Positions 27,251-32,000 of a DNA stretch of 32,000 nucleotides are shown piece after piece. The translations under genes and the position numbers were made by a program. The first letter of the stretch is position 1; every line of letters starts with the position of its first letter. Source of the DNA: an uncultured archaeon (GTDB lineage: Archaea > Asgardarchaeota > Thorarchaeia > Thorarchaeales > Thorarchaeaceae); NCBI GenBank assembly GCA_964648855.1, contig CAZYLT010000002.1, forward strand, positions 30,001 through 62,000, in the 5' to 3' direction. The notes below the pieces were generated by a model that made no database searches, was not told where the DNA came from, and worked only from the letters and a program-made list of their open reading frames with translations.

Positions 27251-27748
27251 ATGACCCGTTATCTCAAGGTTGCGCTCATGGGTTCAGGATATGCAGGAAA
27301 ATCTACCCTCATACGTCTTCTGACCGATGAAACCACCAAGCTACAAACAAATTATACCCCTACTGCGGGGATGGACTGTGGAACCATTACACTGGACAGT
27401 TCTACCAAAGTCACTCTTGTTGAAATGGGCGGTCAAACGCACTTTGAGTTCATGTGGCCCGATTTGATGAGAGGAAGTAAAATGGTTGTTGTAGTTACAG
27501 AAAGCACACCAAAGGCTGTATTAAGAACTAGGCAGCTTCTTCAAAAATACAAGAAAGAACTTGAAGGGGTTCAAGTCATGGCCATCGCCAATAAACAAGA
27601 CCTCCCAGGTTCAATGAAACCGGCATCTGTACAGGATTTGCTGGGAATTCCCACCTATGGAATGATTGCTATAGACCCCAAACAGCGACTACATGGTTAC
27701 AAATTGCTAGTAAGCGGGCTCAGAGAGATGTGCGAAGTAGCGGCTTAG
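27251..27748 (+). CDS. Small Ras-superfamily (Arf/Rab-like) GTPase
   Basis: G1 GSGYAGKS, G2 YTPT, G3 variant EMGGQ, G4 NKQD. Confidence 0.88.
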   Translation: MTRYLKVALMGSGYAGKSTLIRLLTDETTKLQTNYTPTAGMDCGTITLDSSTKVTLVEMGGQTHFEFMWPDLMRGSKMVVVVTESTPKAVLRTRQLLQKYKKELEGVQVMAIANKQDLPGSMKPASVQDLLGIPTYGMIAIDPKQRLHGYKLLVSGLREMCEVAA

Positions 27749-27919
27749 ACTAGCTCTTAGATTCTATCAGTCTTATGATAACTCTTTTAAACAGACAAAG
27801 GTCTGGACGATTGCCCAGGACACGGGCGACAGAGCTGGTTGAAGTATACTCACCATCTAGCGAGTCCGTCCGGGACTAGTGTCTTTTGGGTGTAACTACC
27901 ACCACGATCAGGTGAGAAT

Positions 27920-28720
27920 ATGGAGATTACAATCCTTCACAAAGATGACAGAAAAGTCAATTTCCTCTTAGAAGGCGTAGACGTGGCCTTCGCGAATGCA
28001 CTTCGCAGAACCATGTTGACCCGCTTACCCTCAATGGCAATTGATGAGGTCCTCATACTCGAAAATACAAGTGTTATGTATGACGAGATGTTGGCACATC
28101 GACTTGGACTTATTCCACTGACAACAGTTCTAGAGGACTACAATCTTCCAGAAGAATGTGATTGCGAAGGAAAAGGATGCAGTCTCTGTCAGTGCACACT
28201 CACTCTGGAGATTGAAGCAAGCGATGAAGACAAAATCGTCTACTCTCGTGACTTATCTTCTCAGGATCCGGAGGTAGTTCCAGCCTCAGGCGACATACCT
28301 CTTGTAAAATTGGCACCACGTCAACGACTCATTATTGAAACATATGCAAAACTTGGCAAAGGTGTTGATAATGCGAAGTTCCAACCGGTTTCCACAGTTG
28401 CATACAAGTATGTACCAGTTGTGACCGTTGACAAATCAAAGTGTGACCAATGCGGAGACTGTGTAGAGGTCTGTGCGAAGAATATTCTGAAGCTTGAGGA
28501 TGATACAATAGCCACACAAAACACGCTAGATTGTAGTCTTTGTGAGGCATGTGTAGAAGAATGCGAATCCGGGGCCATAACAATCGATACCAAGAAGAAC
28601 AGCTTTCTATTCAAAGTAGAGTCTACAGGTGCACTTCCTCCAGAAGAAATAGTGGAGAAGGCCGCAGAGCTGTTGATGGAACGAATTCAAGTGGCGCTAG
28701 ACTTTGCTAATTCACTCTGA
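27920..28720 (+). CDS. rpoD: RNA polymerase subunit Rpo3 (D) with a 2x[4Fe-4S] ferredoxin-like insert
   Basis: FANALRR, NTSVMYDEMLAHRLGLIPL, CDQCGDCVEVC and CSLCEACVEEC, VESTGALPP. Confidence 0.97.
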   Translation: MEITILHKDDRKVNFLLEGVDVAFANALRRTMLTRLPSMAIDEVLILENTSVMYDEMLAHRLGLIPLTTVLEDYNLPEECDCEGKGCSLCQCTLTLEIEASDEDKIVYSRDLSSQDPEVVPASGDIPLVKLAPRQRLIIETYAKLGKGVDNAKFQPVSTVAYKYVPVVTVDKSKCDQCGDCVEVCAKNILKLEDDTIATQNTLDCSLCEACVEECESGAITIDTKKNSFLFKVESTGALPPEEIVEKAAELLMERIQVALDFANSL

Positions 28721-28730
28721 GGGAGCAAAA

Positions 28731-29093
28731 ATGGTAAGGACTGGACCAACTGACCCTAATACGCGCGCGTTAATTAATGTGCTAAGAAAGACTTCAACGG
28801 AACATGATACTGGAATTTGGAAACGAGTGGCTGAGCTGTTATCTGCACCAACAAGAAAACGTGCCACAGTCAATGTCAGCAAGATCCAACGACATACAAA
28901 CGATGGTGACACCATCGTAGTACCCGGAAAGGTACTCGGCTCAGGAGTTCTAACGAACAAAGTTACAGTTGCCGCATTGAATGCGTCAACATCTGCTAGA
29001 TCGATGATTATTGATGCTGGCGGTTCTCTGATTTCAATCCACGAGTTATTGAATCAAGCTCCCAGCGGAAAAGGAGTAACGATAATTACATAG
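28731..29093 (+). CDS. rpl18e: 50S ribosomal protein eL18
   Basis: IWKRVAELL..R.R..VNVSKI..VVPGKVLGSG. Confidence 0.96.
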   Translation: MVRTGPTDPNTRALINVLRKTSTEHDTGIWKRVAELLSAPTRKRATVNVSKIQRHTNDGDTIVVPGKVLGSGVLTNKVTVAALNASTSARSMIIDAGGSLISIHELLNQAPSGKGVTIIT

Positions 29094-29102
29094 GTGATTG
29101 AG

Positions 29103-29555
29103 ATGAGCGACGATAGCATAATAGTCTATGATGCCAACAATATGGTTGCAGGCCGTTTGGCATCGAAAGTTGCAAAGGCAGCATTACTCGGAAAAAACGT
29201 GGTTGTTGCTAATGCCGAAAAGGCCATCATCACAGGTGATAGAGATACTGTGGTAAGGGCATACAAAGAGAAATTCAATATCCGGACTTCATACAATCCC
29301 CGGAAGGGCCCATTTCATAATAGACGGCCAGACAAAATGCTGCGCCGGATAATCCGGGGAATGCTACCTTATCCCAAGCCTCGTGGAAAGAAAGCATTCA
29401 AACGGATTCAAGTATACATGGGCATGCCTCATGAATATGAAGAAGAAGATAAAGTAGTTCTTGAAGGTTCTAAGTACAGAAGTCTGACAATGAAATACAT
29501 CACCATTTCCGACCTTTGTCATGAACTAGGTTGGAGAAATCCGGAGGTAGCATAG
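29103..29555 (+). CDS. rpl13: 50S ribosomal protein uL13
   Basis: GRLASKVAK..NAEKAIITG..RRPD..RRIIRGMLP. Confidence 0.97.
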   Translation: MSDDSIIVYDANNMVAGRLASKVAKAALLGKNVVVANAEKAIITGDRDTVVRAYKEKFNIRTSYNPRKGPFHNRRPDKMLRRIIRGMLPYPKPRGKKAFKRIQVYMGMPHEYEEEDKVVLEGSKYRSLTMKYITISDLCHELGWRNPEVA

Positions 29556-29556
29556 A

Positions 29557-29955
29557 ATGCGTGTAGTAGTATCAACGGGAAAGAGAAAGACATCAATTGC
29601 AAAGGCCACAGTAAAGGATGGCAGGGGACAAGCTCGCATAAATGGAAAGCCTCTGGAGATAATACAACCTGAGGTTGCAAGAATGCGAATGATGGAGCCT
29701 CTTATGTTGTTTGGAGATGCATGGAAGAATTACGACATCAAAGTCAGAGTAAGCGGTGGTGGATTCATGAGTCAGGCTGATGCTGTCAGAATGGCAATTG
29801 CTACAGGTCTAGTAAGGATGAGCCAAGACTTTGAGGCACGATCTAAGATGCTTGAACATGATAGAACCATGATTGTTGGCGACCCCAGACGAACCGAGTC
29901 AAAGAAGTTTGGAGGACCATCAGCACGGTCCAGATATCAGAAGTCTTACAGGTGA
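29557..29955 (+). CDS. rps9: 30S ribosomal protein uS9
   Basis: [39 protein letters not shown]. Confidence 0.98.
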   Translation: MRVVVSTGKRKTSIAKATVKDGRGQARINGKPLEIIQPEVARMRMMEPLMLFGDAWKNYDIKVRVSGGGFMSQADAVRMAIATGLVRMSQDFEARSKMLEHDRTMIVGDPRRTESKKFGGPSARSRYQKSYR

Positions 29956-29968
29956 GGAGAAAAAAAGG

Positions 29969-30196
29969 ATGATTATTCCAGTTCGGTGCTTTACTTGCGG
30001 CAAAGTTGTTGCCGACAAGTATGAGCAATTCAAACGTGAAGTGCGACAGGGAGAGGACCCAGCAGATGTACTTGACAAGCTAGGCCTCGAGCGTTATTGT
30101 TGTCGTCGGATGCTGTTGTCTCATATAGATATTATTGACAGCTTCATAGCTTTTGCAACCACTGAAGCTCGTGCGGAGGTAAAAGATTTTGATTAG
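29969..30196 (+). CDS. rpoN: RNA polymerase subunit Rpo10 (N)
   Basis: [12 protein letters not shown]...[11 protein letters not shown]. The true start is ATG 29969. Confidence 0.97.
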   Translation: MIIPVRCFTCGKVVADKYEQFKREVRQGEDPADVLDKLGLERYCCRRMLLSHIDIIDSFIAFATTEARAEVKDFD

Positions 30197-30827
30197 TGAG
30201 AGTGATTTGGGAGAAGTTGACCTTCTAACTCCGATGGACAAATACCTAGCAGCTGGTTGTCATATCGGCACACAGGTCAAAACTCAGGACATGGAACCTT
30301 TTGTGTATAGACAGCGCCCTATAGGCCTGTATGTTTTGGATGTGAGAGAAACTGATGAGAGAATTCGTACAGCTGCAAAGTTCATCTCTCGATTTGACCC
30401 AGATAAGGTTGTTGTGGTTTCCGGACGTGTCTACGGAAAGCGACCGGTAGAGAGCTTTGCCAAGTTTATTGGTGCACATGCTTTTACCGACCGATTTGTT
30501 CCTGGTACGTTAACCAATCCGAATATTGCGGGTCCCCGAATTTACATTGAGCCTGAACTTGTTATCTTGACGGATCCTCGAACCGACGAGCAAGCTCTAT
30601 CAGAGGCTGCCAAAATTGGGATACCTGTAATAGCTCTTTGCGACACGGATAATAATACTACTAATGTTGACCTCGTGATACCTTCGAATAATCGTGGTCG
30701 CAAGGCACTTGCACTGGTGTATTTCCTATTGGCTAGAGAGGTTCTAAGAGAAAGGGGCGATATCCCTGTAGATGCAGAAGTTGCATTCAGTACTGAAGAC
30801 TTTGAACCGCAACTACAAAGGATATAG
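30189..30827 (+). CDS. rps2: 30S ribosomal protein uS2
   Basis: [43 protein letters not shown]. Confidence 0.97.
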   Translation: MISESDLGEVDLLTPMDKYLAAGCHIGTQVKTQDMEPFVYRQRPIGLYVLDVRETDERIRTAAKFISRFDPDKVVVVSGRVYGKRPVESFAKFIGAHAFTDRFVPGTLTNPNIAGPRIYIEPELVILTDPRTDEQALSEAAKIGIPVIALCDTDNNTTNVDLVIPSNNRGRKALALVYFLLAREVLRERGDIPVDAEVAFSTEDFEPQLQRI

Positions 30828-30834
30828 CTTTAGC

Positions 30835-31221
30835 CTAATTAGCGATGGAGATGACGCCATCGGCGGCGTCAACCTCTACTTTTTGTCCGGTTTTCAATTT
30901 CCCAATATCCACTTGATCAACAGCAGGAATTTCTGATATTATACAACCAACAGCCACAACGGGATCTGTTGCCTCATTTATGATTGCCAATGGGGCCTTA
31001 CCTGCCTTACTGAGGGCATAGAGCACATAAGAGCCCACAGTTGACCCTTTGCCTGTCGGGAACACTAAGATTTTGCCCGACACGGATTTCCCTTCCAGCT
31101 CATGACCTTTTTCAACAATCACGCCTGTTTCAGGGTCACAACCTCCATAGAAGGAAATATCTTCCGAAGTCATCAAGACTTCTCCTTTGGCTTTTCCTTT
31201 GAATATCGTTCTACCCTTCAT
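30835..31221 (-). CDS. AcnX small (swiveling, DUF126) subunit, probable phosphomevalonate dehydratase small subunit
   Basis: ISFYGGCDPETG, GKILVFPTGKGSTVGSY. Confidence 0.9.
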   Translation of the reverse strand: MKGRTIFKGKAKGEVLMTSEDISFYGGCDPETGVIVEKGHELEGKSVSGKILVFPTGKGSTVGSYVLYALSKAGKAPLAIINEATDPVVAVGCIISEIPAVDQVDIGKLKTGQKVEVDAADGVISIAN

Positions 31222-32000
31222 CTAACTGCCTCCTCTAGGCATTCTTTAACAGTTCGTATTCTAGTACGAAAGTCATTCTTGCCTCGCGCATAGAAACAAG
31301 CTTTTGCAGAGTCGGTCATTAGGCCTGTGAAACGTCCTTTCAATGGGGCGACGGCACAACATGCATCACTAACGAGATATGCTCCTGCTTTTTCTATAGT
31401 ATCATAATATCCCATTTTTCTTGCAAGGTCCTTAGTTGGGCGCGCAGTAGTAATCCAGACTGTTTTGCCTTCCGCTACTTTCCTGCCCTCAAGCATTTTT
31501 GCCACTTGAGCAATCTCCTTGATGCTCGCATGGGGACAACCGATGCTGATGAAGTCGACATCTGCATCCTCATCATCAAGCTTTACTCTTGCTGAATCTA
31601 TGTCATCTTGCGTCACAATCTCCGTTTCTTCAGGAATGGTAGTTCTATTGGGCGTGATGCCCTCCATATGATAGATGGCCACCCCTCCGAATGTGGCCAC
31701 AGATGCACCAAATGATTTCAGTTCCTCAGTCGTTGCATGTTCTATTCCTGTGATATAGGGTATCTCATTTCCCGTTCGATCACCGATAACTTGTCCTAAT
31801 AGCCCAAAATCATCTGTGTTATCAATATTCGCCTCGATTGAATAAGTAATCTCCGCGTTTCGATTCTTATCTAAATGAAGACCATATTCGGCAGTTCGCC
31901 CAGTAAGGGCTGCTGCCAGAGCACTAGGTCCACCCTCTCTATTGGTCCGTGCCCCTATGATTGAATTCGCAAAGCATACGGCTGATGACTCTGCCCATGC
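31218..32000 (-). CDS. AcnX large (DUF521) subunit, probable phosphomevalonate dehydratase large subunit; 5' part lies beyond the window
   Basis: WAESSAVCFANSIIGARTNREGGPSAL, IGCPHAS, DACCAVAP, TDSAK. Confidence 0.92.
   Translation of the reverse strand, partial: AWAESSAVCFANSIIGARTNREGGPSALAAALTGRTAEYGLHLDKNRNAEITYSIEANIDNTDDFGLLGQVIGDRTGNEIPYITGIEHATTEELKSFGASVATFGGVAIYHMEGITPNRTTIPEETEIVTQDDIDSARVKLDDEDADVDFISIGCPHASIKEIAQVAKMLEGRKVAEGKTVWITTARPTKDLARKMGYYDTIEKAGAYLVSDACCAVAPLKGRFTGLMTDSAKACFYARGKNDFRTRIRTVKECLEEAVR

Noticed and set aside
1-32000. CRISPR array, rRNA, integrase or provirus genes
   Set aside because: No regularly spaced short repeats, rRNA-like sequence, tyrosine/serine recombinase motifs or virion genes were recognised.

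Overview
Archaeal chromosome segment, most likely Asgard (Thorarchaeota-like, inferred from gene content including an Arf/Rab-like small GTPase). The conserved backbone is uS7, EF-1alpha, tRNA-Ser(GCT) with two introns, SRP RNA, aIF5B, NDK, eL24, eS28, L7Ae (with a 5'-UTR k-turn), EgsA, the Rpo3-eL18-uL13-uS9-Rpo10-uS2 operon and the AcnX-type phosphomevalonate dehydratase pair. The most striking feature is in the first 16 kb, where the str operon is broken up by stacked cargo blocks, each delimited by a 5'-truncated copy of the 3' end of an essential translation gene. There are three rps12 3' ends (235-480, 4849-5046, 6206-6274, the last still abutting rps7) and two extra EF-1alpha 3' ends (14563-14661, 15161-15567) behind the intact gene. 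Apart from the degenerate third rps12 copy, these copies differ almost only at synonymous sites, start at different codons, and in the case of tuf carry their own related terminators. No integrase is visible in the window. A small unknown protein family (TTWEEIRE motif) sits convergently just behind a displaced 3' end in both arrays. This suggests an integrase-free gene-capture system based on 3'-end replacement of translation genes.
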